Origin: Sedimentisphaeraceae bacterium JB056
GTDB taxonomy: Bacteria; Planctomycetota; Phycisphaerae; Sedimentisphaerales; Sedimentisphaeraceae
Direction: 5' to 3'
Assembly (NCBI GenBank): GCA_044440125.1
Contig: JBITAJ010000004.1
Span: 1 to 64,000, forward strand
Length of the DNA stretch: 64,000 nt
Shown: piece by piece, positions 35,860 through 45,004 of the stretch
How positions within the stretch are numbered: the stretch's first letter is position 1
Layout: every line of letters starts with the position of its first letter
Translations under genes and position numbers: made by a program
Notes under the pieces: model-generated
What the model saw: the letters and a program-made list of their open reading frames with translations, nothing else
The model's database searches: none
Told to the model about the DNA's origin: nothing

Positions 35860-38840
35860 TAATTTTCTACCTCAGAGCCTTTCTTATTTTCCGCAATTTC
35901 TTTGTCAATCAGTTTACCATTTTTCATTTTCGCAAATGATACTCTTATGTTTTCTCCATCACGATTGGAAAGTCCATCAATCTCTACCAACTCTGTCGTC
36001 CCATCATTAAGCTCAACTCTTACCACATCGTTGTCAAGAAGAACCGCCGACTTTATGGCGGACTTGTCCTTGTAAGGCTCAAAAACTGATATAAGCTTAA
36101 AGTCTTTACCTTCACGGCGGAATTGGAGCGTCTTACGTTCAAATTCATTCCAGGTTTTCAAATGATCGGCACCGATAGAAGCAGTAAACTTCTCAGCACC
36201 CTGTCCTTCAAGATTTATCGTTATGCTGCCTTCTTTCGCAGAAGGCTCTGTCATCATCGCATTTTCATAAACGATACCGGCAATGTTTATTTTGTCGCCG
36301 TAATAATCCCTCCCGTAATCGGCAGGCTGTATATTTTCGGTTTTATAGTCAAGCTCGCTAAGCGGAATAACCTTGCCCTTAGAAACTACAGCGGGCCGGA
36401 CCATTGCAATATACTCACCGGGGCGATTCTTACTGGAATGAGTTCGCCTGCCGATAATTATCTCAAGCTCTTTGGCTCCGCTGACATCTATATTCAAATC
36501 ATATATATTGGATGAGTAAATATTGTAGTTCTCATTAAATACTTCCTTGCCGTCTACAAGAACCTTGACAGGCTGACGACATAGATTGAACGGATAAGTA
36601 CCAACAGTCATATCTGTGGATTCATCAAGGAATGTATGAATATCAAGATTGAGATTTTCATCCTTGAACCTGTTGACTATATGTCCGTCGGCATCGAAAC
36701 GATCACAGTTGGTGATGTAATAATAACTGCTGAGTTTATCATCTTTCATTTTTGCCGAATAACCGGTATTAACGGCATTGCCGACAGTTTCAACAAAACC
36801 TTCAGGATGCATCAGCCAGTCGAAAGTATGTTTATTCTGGCCTTCAAGATAATCAGCCACAACCACATAATCATCTGCAACAGCCATAAGTCGTCTCTGT
36901 AATACAGGCTCATTGTCCCCGTAGTCAATCATCTTAGCCATATTCTCAGGGTCAAGGTCGCCCGGGTCTGTTATATCCCAGCTCTGCTTCTCCTGCCAGC
37001 GGGCAACGGTCTCAACAACTGAAACCTGAATATCATCGCCGGCATAAAACAACGTCTGCTCACTCTCAACAGGTTCCTGCTGATATTCATCAACAATCAC
37101 AAGATTATGACTTATAGAAGGTTCAACCCAAGCTTTATACATCTGACTTGAATACCCAAACCAGCTTGCTCTGGGTTCAAATAGATCGGTGCCAAATCGG
37201 CGAAGAGCAAGGAAACTTGTACGATCGAAATGCCCGTGCCAACCGCCGTGACTTCCCCATTTGACAAACGCCTGAATCTGCTGCTGTTTATCGGTCTTGT
37301 TCCCCTGACTTCTCAAAGCAGTGATGCCGACATTGGCCACATAACCGGATTCATCTCTCGGGTCGTCAACCTCCGGAAGCTCACCCACTCCATAAACAAG
37401 AGACTGCCACCCCATCCTGTCATCCTTGCTGATCATCCATGCATACTGAGGATCTTTGTAGTAGTAATATGCAAGCTCAAACACATCGCCGGGCTTTTTC
37501 TTTTCCGAATCATTGTTTGCAACTACATAGCCGTTCTCATCCATAAGTATTGTTGCACCGTCATAAAGATCTTTAAGACATCTGTACGACTTTCCGGCAG
37601 GACCCCATATATCGAAATTCATGCTCATCCAGCCGTTCTTGAAACGTCTGCCGTCATTAGACTGATGCCTGGCCACAACCCTTTTGTCAAAAAGATTAAT
37701 ACCCCAGTTATCAGCAGCTTTTGCGACGTATCCATAGAATCTTGCGACAAGATAACTGTAATTGCTTGCTCCCTCAAGCCACCAACCGTCGGCCATTATA
37801 CCGTAAGAAAGCTGCTCATCGAAGCCGTTCTCGCAATTAATAAAGAACTCGAAACTTTCCATATCCTGAAGAACAAGTGATGTAATAAGGGCTCCGGCAT
37901 TAGCCGTTGTAAGCCAGTTGCCGATGTCACCATTAACATGCCACTGTTTGGAAGTCTCAAGATACAATCTCAAGGTCGTATCAATATTCTTGTGATCCAT
38001 CTCACTGAGTTCAGGTTCATTGTAAAGAATATCATATATCGCCGGATAAAAGGTGAAAAATTCACCTTCATGAACATAAGCTGTTGAATGAGTGGCCCAT
38101 CTTGTTGTAGGATATCCGGTATCAGGCTCTGCAATCGCACGTAGAAAATCAATCAGTGTTTTCTTGTATTTTTCGTTGCCTGTCAGCTTATAGGCCAAAG
38201 CCACATCCCAGAACCTTTCGGCTCCTCCAGAAATAAGTCCTTGCCAATTATAGCCGCTTCGCGACATTTTTGGGTAATTCAATTCCTTAAAAGTGATTTT
38301 ATCAGCTTGTTTGAGAAGTTCATCATAACAATCATCAGCCCATTCATAATTGTCTATCTTGTTAAGTATCTCATCGGCAAGTTCATTCGTAATCAATAAA
38401 TACGGATGCGGACGCATACGAACCGTTTTAAAGCTAAGCGGCATACTTGTATCATTGCCAACCTTGATTCTCAACTCAAGTTCTTCAAAGCTTCCCACAG
38501 GCATACGCTTACTTATAGAAACACTCAGTTTAACATCAAATTGAGCTCCAGCCTCGATTTCAACCAAATCGTTACTAAGCTCATATTCACTGATATTCTT
38601 TTCTGAAGCTTCAATCATTATCTCAACTTCAACTGCTTTATCAGCTGTATTAGTAAGCTGAATTATATACTCCGCTGCTTCATCAATAACGGTGGGTTTC
38701 GATCTTATTTCACTGAATACTTCGACACCATCAGCAGAGACCGAATATCTGGAAACATCACTCGTATAAGGATTATCAAGTACGGCAAAGGAGCAGCCGC
38801 ATAAGATAAGTAAAACCACTTGAATATAAATTCTAAACAT
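35859..38840 (-). CDS. Secreted heparinase II/III-like lyase, paralog of 22139-25672
   Basis: YVHEGEFF, GNW, WLEGASNY, HGGWHGHFDR and SHNLVIVD motifs; ATG at 38840 after AAGGGG. Confidence 0.75.
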   Translation of the reverse strand: MFRIYIQVVLLILCGCSFAVLDNPYTSDVSRYSVSADGVEVFSEIRSKPTVIDEAAEYIIQLTNTADKAVEVEIMIEASEKNISEYELSNDLVEIEAGAQFDVKLSVSISKRMPVGSFEELELRIKVGNDTSMPLSFKTVRMRPHPYLLITNELADEILNKIDNYEWADDCYDELLKQADKITFKELNYPKMSRSGYNWQGLISGGAERFWDVALAYKLTGNEKYKKTLIDFLRAIAEPDTGYPTTRWATHSTAYVHEGEFFTFYPAIYDILYNEPELSEMDHKNIDTTLRLYLETSKQWHVNGDIGNWLTTANAGALITSLVLQDMESFEFFINCENGFDEQLSYGIMADGWWLEGASNYSYLVARFYGYVAKAADNWGINLFDKRVVARHQSNDGRRFKNGWMSMNFDIWGPAGKSYRCLKDLYDGATILMDENGYVVANNDSEKKKPGDVFELAYYYYKDPQYAWMISKDDRMGWQSLVYGVGELPEVDDPRDESGYVANVGITALRSQGNKTDKQQQIQAFVKWGSHGGWHGHFDRTSFLALRRFGTDLFEPRASWFGYSSQMYKAWVEPSISHNLVIVDEYQQEPVESEQTLFYAGDDIQVSVVETVARWQEKQSWDITDPGDLDPENMAKMIDYGDNEPVLQRRLMAVADDYVVVADYLEGQNKHTFDWLMHPEGFVETVGNAVNTGYSAKMKDDKLSSYYYITNCDRFDADGHIVNRFKDENLNLDIHTFLDESTDMTVGTYPFNLCRQPVKVLVDGKEVFNENYNIYSSNIYDLNIDVSGAKELEIIIGRRTHSSKNRPGEYIAMVRPAVVSKGKVIPLSELDYKTENIQPADYGRDYYGDKINIAGIVYENAMMTEPSAKEGSITINLEGQGAEKFTASIGADHLKTWNEFERKTLQFRREGKDFKLISVFEPYKDKSAIKSAVLLDNDVVRVELNDGTTELVEIDGLSNRDGENIRVSFAKMKNGKLIDKEIAENKKGSEVEN

Positions 38841-38878
38841 AAATCCCCTTAAAATTAATAAGTAGCTGTCATAAATGA

Positions 38879-39925
38879 TCAGGCCATATATTCCCATTGT
38901 TTCTTGCTTACTTCATACTTGAGCGGTTCACCTTTAATGTAGCGATGAAATTCATCTATAGCATACTGAGCCATGCGATGGCATTCATTGTTCATTGAAC
39001 CGGAAATATGAGGAAAGGTAACGACGTTAGGCAAATCAAAAAGTTCACATCCAGCTATCGGCGGCTCGGGATAAGTCACATCAAGCAATGCCATGATATC
39101 TTTTCGTTCCCTCAACGCTTCGATCATCTCCGTTTCACGAACACATATACCGCGAGCCGTATTAAGGAAAGTCGCATTTTCCTTCATCATGCGAAAATGC
39201 TCACCTGTTATTATACCCTTATGATGGGCAGGTGTATGAAGTGAAACAACATCGGCATTCTGGAAAATCTCCTCGACAGATGCTATTTTGACACCAAGAC
39301 TGCGTGCCTCATCTTCCTTCAGATAGCTGCTGGAGACAAGTATATCTATATCAAAGGGCCTAAGAAGCTCAACGAGTTTCCTGCTTATGGCTCCAAGCGA
39401 TATGATACCAACAGTACTCCTGTAACAACCCGGTACTTTGAAACGGTTCTCATAAGCCATCCACTTCTTGTCTCTCAGTATCTTAAGGGAATGATGCCAT
39501 CCAAGCTTAAGACTGAAAAGTATTTGAGAAAGACAAAATTCCGCCACTGGGATGCAATTGGCAAGTACACTTGAAGTAAGCATAATTCCCCTGTCGAAAA
39601 GCTCTCCCTTATGGCCAAGACCTTTCACTGAACCTGCGGCATAAAATATTGCCTTAAGATTAGGGGCCGCATCAAGAACCTCATCAGTAAAAACCGGCGG
39701 GCCCCACCCAGAAAAGATAACCTCTGCATCCTCAAGGACACTGAGATCACTGAGCATCTTCTGAGAATTCATCTGAGGCATATAGAGGTCAACATATTTA
39801 TTTATTTCATCACGTTGAGACTTGCCGTATATAGTATCATAATCGGCATCGTTAAGAATGATTAATCCCTTGCAGAGCTTCTTTTCGTCAGATATGTATT
39901 CTTTTTTTTCTATCAGTGTTTGCAT
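38879..39925 (-). CDS. D-isomer-specific 2-hydroxyacid dehydrogenase
   Basis: YAAGSVK, ADVVSLHTP, NTARG, LDVTYPEP and PHISG (Arg/Glu/His triad intact). Confidence 0.9.
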   Translation of the reverse strand: MQTLIEKKEYISDEKKLCKGLIILNDADYDTIYGKSQRDEINKYVDLYMPQMNSQKMLSDLSVLEDAEVIFSGWGPPVFTDEVLDAAPNLKAIFYAAGSVKGLGHKGELFDRGIMLTSSVLANCIPVAEFCLSQILFSLKLGWHHSLKILRDKKWMAYENRFKVPGCYRSTVGIISLGAISRKLVELLRPFDIDILVSSSYLKEDEARSLGVKIASVEEIFQNADVVSLHTPAHHKGIITGEHFRMMKENATFLNTARGICVRETEMIEALRERKDIMALLDVTYPEPPIAGCELFDLPNVVTFPHISGSMNNECHRMAQYAIDEFHRYIKGEPLKYEVSKKQWEYMA

Positions 39926-39936
39926 GTCTACCTCGA

Positions 39937-39982
39937 TTTACAGGCAAAAAGTCCCCTGGAAGTTGCAAACCTTGCCTGCAAA
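39937..39982 (-). terminator. Stem-loop immediately downstream of the pilin gene
   Basis: Minus strand TTTGCAGGCAAGG...TTTTGCCTGTAAA, a 13-bp stem with G-U pairs, ending just before the next RBS. Confidence 0.5.
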
Positions 39983-40016
39983 TTCTAAATTTAATTATTA
40001 AATCTGGATTGAACGA

Positions 40017-40940
40017 TTATCTCAACCCTTCTTCAGCCTTTGTACCCGAACCTACTGCATAAAACTTGATTCCTACAGTATCAGCTTCACCGCCATACTT
40101 CCAGTAATCATTTGTGTATACACGCTTTATCTTGTCAACATGTCCGTCTGCAAACCCCAAATTGCTTTGTCCGGTTCTCTCGTCACTGTCATTACTATCA
40201 CCTTCCCAGGTATAGTTATTGATTTCAACACCGCCTCGTTTGACAAAATGCGTTGGCTTGATATCTGCCCATGTTCTTGCAGTCCATCCATATATGCTAT
40301 TGTAACACGAACCATCGGTAACGGCGGACTCTACAGAAAGAAGGGTTTTTGAACTATTATTAACCTGGGATGCCTTTACACTATCACGATAAGCCTGTCC
40401 ATTGAAATTCGAATATGCACCTGCCACTTTTGAGTGTCCTGTAAGCATAGCATTAAGGCGGTAACCTCTGGCAAATTTATTAACAGCTCTACTGCTCGTA
40501 CCTGATTCTATCAACTTTATATTAGCCCTTTGCCATGGGTCTGACTTTGCTGCCGGACACAGCAGAAAAGCAAAAGTATCTGGATTAACACTCGCCAGCG
40601 GCGAACCGGCAATATCCCTGTTAAGTCTTGGGTCTATGCTGAATCCTGAATCAATGTAAGGCATAAGTCTCGCATCCCAGTAAGGAGATGTAGGATAACC
40701 ACCACCCCACATGGGCAATTTATCTGCTGAGTCACGACTGCCGCTAAGCGGATACTTACCGTCAAAATCAGCGGTGTATGTCATACTGGCAGTTGTAATC
40801 GTTTTTATATTAGTCATACATACGGTTGCTTGTGCCTGCTGCCTCACTTTACCTAACGCCGGCATCATTATACTCATCAAAACGGCTATAATCGATATAA
40901 CTACCAATAGCTCTATTAATGTAAAAGCTCTACGTCTCAT
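40017..40940 (-). CDS. Prepilin-type N-terminal cleavage/methylation protein, DUF1559 / H-X9-DG type
   Basis: MRRRA|FTLIELLVVISIIAVLMSIMMPAL...CMTNIK N-terminus; C-terminal SNLGFADGHV; RBS GAGGT. Confidence 0.9.
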   Translation of the reverse strand: MRRRAFTLIELLVVISIIAVLMSIMMPALGKVRQQAQATVCMTNIKTITTASMTYTADFDGKYPLSGSRDSADKLPMWGGGYPTSPYWDARLMPYIDSGFSIDPRLNRDIAGSPLASVNPDTFAFLLCPAAKSDPWQRANIKLIESGTSSRAVNKFARGYRLNAMLTGHSKVAGAYSNFNGQAYRDSVKASQVNNSSKTLLSVESAVTDGSCYNSIYGWTARTWADIKPTHFVKRGGVEINNYTWEGDSNDSDERTGQSNLGFADGHVDKIKRVYTNDYWKYGGEADTVGIKFYAVGSGTKAEEGLR

Positions 40941-40985
40941 ATTAAACCTCACTAAAATGTAATAGATTTTTTTTGGGGGGTGTAA

Positions 40986-42032
40986 TCATAGACCCGGCAC
41001 TACCAGCCTTGGCTCTATTTCAACTATTCTCTTGCTTGTATCATCAGGGTTGGCTACTCTCCACCTCAACTGCTCAACAGCGCAGCGGCCTATCTCCTCA
41101 GGACATATGTCAATACTCGCCGGCAATGGATCAAGACCTGCAAGAATAGACCTCTCGTTATTACAGGAAACAATCTGAACATCTTTTCCTATAATTATAC
41201 CCATTCTCTGGATCAAAGGATAAATCATCGCAGTGAGCGAATCACAAGTGCAGAAAATCCCTGTAGGATAATCATCTTTTCCAAAGACCTCTTTAAGGGA
41301 ATTGAAAATACTTTTTTCATTGGGAAGAGTCAGTTGGAGAGTTTCATTTGAACGTATACCAACAACAAGCCTTTTAGCCTCTGTCTTAGATGAATACTCT
41401 TCAAATCCATACCATCGTTCAATCCATGCAGACTTTGACCTGTGTTCATCATCAAAATCTATCTGCAATATTTTTCTGTGACCTTTAAGAGTCAGATACT
41501 CAGCAGCAAGAACTCCAACTTTTTCATTATTATTCAGAACCCTGTCGCCGGAAAGATATCTTTCCCGTCCTGTCATCAGGTAGACTCGCTGATAATTATT
41601 CAAAATTTCAAGAGTTTCTTCCGAAACATCAACAAAATCAGGCCATATTATCACACCATCAACCTCGCCTCTTGAAACAATAGGAGGTAATTGACGATTT
41701 GAATTAATAGTACCCTGAATCATACTCATACCGTACGAAGCCAAAGCCTCTTCAATACCGTGAACAACATTCATCATCACCGGTGAATAGCCAAGAATAT
41801 GAAAACCCTCTGAAGACGTCAGAAACGCGACATTGCCTGTCTTGAAACCTTTAGAAGAAGTCCTCTTGGGTCCGCGTCTTTGAGATTTAGGCTTAGGAAC
41901 ATAACCAACCTGTTCCATAACCCCTCTAACCTTCTCAACGGTTTCAGGCCTTACATCCTCCGGGGAGTTAACAACCCTGGCGACTGTAGTATGAGAAACA
42001 CCTGCTAATTTTGCTATTTCCACTATTGACAT
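40986..42032 (-). CDS. LacI family transcriptional regulator
   Basis: MSIVEIAKLAGVSHTTVARVVN HTH; sugar-binding domain with PTGIFCTCD and DVQIVSCNN. Confidence 0.92.
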   Translation of the reverse strand: MSIVEIAKLAGVSHTTVARVVNSPEDVRPETVEKVRGVMEQVGYVPKPKSQRRGPKRTSSKGFKTGNVAFLTSSEGFHILGYSPVMMNVVHGIEEALASYGMSMIQGTINSNRQLPPIVSRGEVDGVIIWPDFVDVSEETLEILNNYQRVYLMTGRERYLSGDRVLNNNEKVGVLAAEYLTLKGHRKILQIDFDDEHRSKSAWIERWYGFEEYSSKTEAKRLVVGIRSNETLQLTLPNEKSIFNSLKEVFGKDDYPTGIFCTCDSLTAMIYPLIQRMGIIIGKDVQIVSCNNERSILAGLDPLPASIDICPEEIGRCAVEQLRWRVANPDDTSKRIVEIEPRLVVPGL

Positions 42033-42038
42033 GACTTG

Positions 42039-42067
42039 ATAATAGCATCATAAATAAGTATTGTCAA
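42039..42067 (-). promoter_or_regulatory. sigma70 promoter of lacI (TTGACA-17-TATTAT, extended -10 TG), 6 nt from the ATG
   Basis: Minus strand TTGACA atacttatttatgatgc TATTAT caagtc ATG. Confidence 0.8.
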
Positions 42068-42216
42068 GATATTTTCTCGAAATTAAACTAAAATAAATAT
42101 GTTAATTCAATGTTAATAACACAGTTTAAACCTAAAAACAACAGCAAAACAACGCATTAACACAACAAAACCGCCTTAACTCACAACCAAGACAACAAAA
42201 AGCCAAAGCAACAACT

Positions 42217-42232
42217 TAATTAACGTTAATTA
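42217..42232. promoter_or_regulatory. Perfect 16-bp palindrome TAATTAACGTTAATTA, candidate LacI-type operator
   Basis: Central CG palindrome typical of LacI operators; related sites at 45156-45173, 45276-45284 and 45301-45315. Confidence 0.55.
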
Positions 42233-42254
42233 GTTTATATTACATTAAATATAC

Positions 42255-42286
42255 TGAGTGACAGAGTACCCGCTCTCCGCCACTCA
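42255..42286 (-). terminator. Stem-loop downstream of the 898-aa gene
   Basis: Minus strand TGAGTGGCGGAG-8nt-CTCTGTCACTCA, a 12-bp stem with two G-U pairs. Confidence 0.6.
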
Positions 42287-42307
42287 ATAAACTATCAGCA
42301 GATGGGA

Positions 42308-45004
42308 TTAATTACCTGCAACATAAGTATAGCTGCTTGTTCCTCCATCCCAATTATAAACTGTCCAGGTAACAGTCTCAGCACTTGCACCTGTCTTACT
42401 TATAGACATATTAGCCTGCGGGTCACTTGTACCGTTATAATCGGTATAAGTATATGTAGCGGTGTCGTTATTAGGCAACACATAAATATCACCATAAGAC
42501 CCCTCCTCGGCCACTTTAGGCATACACCAGTTCATAAGCAAATGACAAGGATGGAATGATTCAAGCTGAAGATGATGAGGTGAGTCATAATCATAAAACA
42601 GCTCAGGATTATAGAGGAACTTATCCAATGCCGCGGAATAAACCACTTTCATGCAATTGTGGGCATCCTGAGCAAGACCGGCAACAGTCCAATTGAACCC
42701 TCCATCTCCCCTTCTTGCCGTCCGCCATTCATGATAACCGCCTTTAGCATAATTATCCCTATCCTTGACAAAGAAATACTGGTAACCGTCAAGCATTTCA
42801 GACAAGAAATTGGCACTGGTTGAATCATGCATACCATAATTCATCATAGCCCAGGTAGTAACCCAGCCATAATTTGCATCATAACCACATGATTTTGTCG
42901 GGTAAGTATCAGCCATATGACCAATCTCAAGCAGCATCTTCTTGCTGGAGAACCATTTACCCAGATAATTCTTGCTTTGAGCCGACACAGGCGAACCTGT
43001 AAGTATCTCATCACACAGGTCATCAAACTCAGTCTGTGTCTTAAAATAGCTTCCGCTTAGAAGATAATAAGCCTCATCAAGTTCCCACGCACCATCAATA
43101 TTTGACACATCCTGATTTGGAGCATGACCGCGACCGGTACCATCCATAAGCCAGCTCAAAGCCCCTGTCATTGAACCGGTATTCATGCTGTCATTTATAA
43201 GATATTTGTAGGCATCAGACCTGACAACATCAAGCGTACCATTACCATCATTATCCATATATTCATCAAGAGCATCAGAGAACTCCGATTCATAATAAAG
43301 CAGCTCTATTGACTTTGCAAACGGCCACAATGTAAATCCCATAACGCTTGACTTTCCATTAGTTCTGGTACTGTTACCACCATTGGGCAAAGCAACGCCG
43401 CACCAGCCATGGTACTCATTGAATCCGCCATTAATCCCCTGAGATCTCGTGTAATAATCCAAGGACAAAATTACACTTTCAAGAACATTCGGATCTTTGA
43501 AATAGCAACTGTTAGGATTCTGATAAACATAGGCAAGTGCTGCCGTGCATTCCTGCATACGGGTATTATCTGAGTTATGGAACTGTCCGGCCTTGATATC
43601 ATGCGGGTCATTAGTTGAATCATAACCAGGAAGCTTTTGATCTGCCAAATAAGAAGGTACCCATGATTCTACACCGTCAAGCATCATCTTAGCCAAAGGA
43701 TTAACCTTAGTGCCGATCTCAACATCTGCTATCGTAACATCCCAGGTATCATATAGTTTTGTACCGGAAGTATCAGTTCTGCTGTCAACCCACCGAAACT
43801 CTATAGCCCCCTGAATCTCTAAGTTTGAAAGCGAAACCTGCTGATTAGTCTTTGCGGTCAACGCCGTATCATTCCAGATGATATTATCATCAGAATCTAC
43901 AAGCTCAAGTTGAAGCCTGCTGTTTGTCGCCGGCATAGTATAGACAAAATCAATTGATGTTATCAAATTCTCAGTGTAGAAATTTGCGGCAACATAATTC
44001 CCTATTTGCCCCGTACTCGTTGTAACATGGTGTTCATCAAAATAAATAGTACTGCCCCTTGTAACACTCATGTCCGCATGATTATCAAAAGGACGCCAAA
44101 GATCATATTGAGTAAAATCAAATGTAGGAGCTAAATGCTCTTCGGTTATTTCAACATCCTCAACTGTCACATCCCAACCAGGATAAAGCGTGGCACTTGC
44201 CATAACCGTCCATCTAAACTGCAGACCGCCCTGTATATCCTGATTCGTCAGATTAACACTTTGCAATGCCTTGGCGACAGTGCCGTCATCATACCATACC
44301 ACATTACCATATCCATCTGCAAGCTCAAGGTTCATGCGTCCCGCTGCCGCCGGCATTGTATAAACAAATGACACAGCAGTTATCTTCTGACCACCGGCAA
44401 GCTTAACGCCGGCATATTCACCGATATGCCCCGATGAAGGCACATGTTGACGGGCTATATCAAAAAAAAGATTACTGGTATTAGTAATCGACATCTCACT
44501 GAAATTTGTTATATCCCTCCATTCAGAAAAAGTACTCTTTTCAATCACCACATCATCAACCGAAGCATCCCACGAAGTATATATCCCCGAAGATTTCTTA
44601 ACCCAGCGGAATGACACATCACCGGTAATATTTAAATTAGAAAGCGTCACACTCTGATTAGTCTTGGCAGAGGTTGCGGCATCATACCAGATTATATTCT
44701 CATCATTATCAACAAGCTGAAGCTGCATTCTTCCAACAGCATTAGGAACTGTATAAACAAACTCTATTCCTGAAATAATATCCTCATTATAAAGCTTAGC
44801 TCCCTTATAATGATCTATTCTTGTTGAGGCCCAACTTTCTGCTACAACATCAAACAAGAGCTTGTCATTAGTATGCATTTCGACAAAACCAAGTGTACCA
44901 ACCTCGGTCCAATGCAAAAAATCAGATGAATTACGGCTATGGTAAGCCTGACTGAAACTTGAAAACAAGAAAACTGCAACAATTAAACTGTATATCTTTT
45001 TCAT
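42308..45004 (-). CDS. Secreted protein: three tandem ~130-aa beta-sandwich repeats + alpha/alpha-toroid domain homologous to 25699-28089
   Basis: Signal peptide; three copies of FVYTxPxxxxRxxLxLxD...W...FRW...WD; GHAPNQD, SQGINGGF and GYDANYG motifs. Confidence 0.65.
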   Translation of the reverse strand: MKKIYSLIVAVFLFSSFSQAYHSRNSSDFLHWTEVGTLGFVEMHTNDKLLFDVVAESWASTRIDHYKGAKLYNEDIISGIEFVYTVPNAVGRMQLQLVDNDENIIWYDAATSAKTNQSVTLSNLNITGDVSFRWVKKSSGIYTSWDASVDDVVIEKSTFSEWRDITNFSEMSITNTSNLFFDIARQHVPSSGHIGEYAGVKLAGGQKITAVSFVYTMPAAAGRMNLELADGYGNVVWYDDGTVAKALQSVNLTNQDIQGGLQFRWTVMASATLYPGWDVTVEDVEITEEHLAPTFDFTQYDLWRPFDNHADMSVTRGSTIYFDEHHVTTSTGQIGNYVAANFYTENLITSIDFVYTMPATNSRLQLELVDSDDNIIWNDTALTAKTNQQVSLSNLEIQGAIEFRWVDSRTDTSGTKLYDTWDVTIADVEIGTKVNPLAKMMLDGVESWVPSYLADQKLPGYDSTNDPHDIKAGQFHNSDNTRMQECTAALAYVYQNPNSCYFKDPNVLESVILSLDYYTRSQGINGGFNEYHGWCGVALPNGGNSTRTNGKSSVMGFTLWPFAKSIELLYYESEFSDALDEYMDNDGNGTLDVVRSDAYKYLINDSMNTGSMTGALSWLMDGTGRGHAPNQDVSNIDGAWELDEAYYLLSGSYFKTQTEFDDLCDEILTGSPVSAQSKNYLGKWFSSKKMLLEIGHMADTYPTKSCGYDANYGWVTTWAMMNYGMHDSTSANFLSEMLDGYQYFFVKDRDNYAKGGYHEWRTARRGDGGFNWTVAGLAQDAHNCMKVVYSAALDKFLYNPELFYDYDSPHHLQLESFHPCHLLMNWCMPKVAEEGSYGDIYVLPNNDTATYTYTDYNGTSDPQANMSISKTGASAETVTWTVYNWDGGTSSYTYVAGN

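Noticed and set aside
40967..40980. T8G6 tract between lacI and the pilin gene as a phase-variation switch
   Set aside because: The tracts are short, intergenic and not within an identifiable promoter; there is no evidence of variability.
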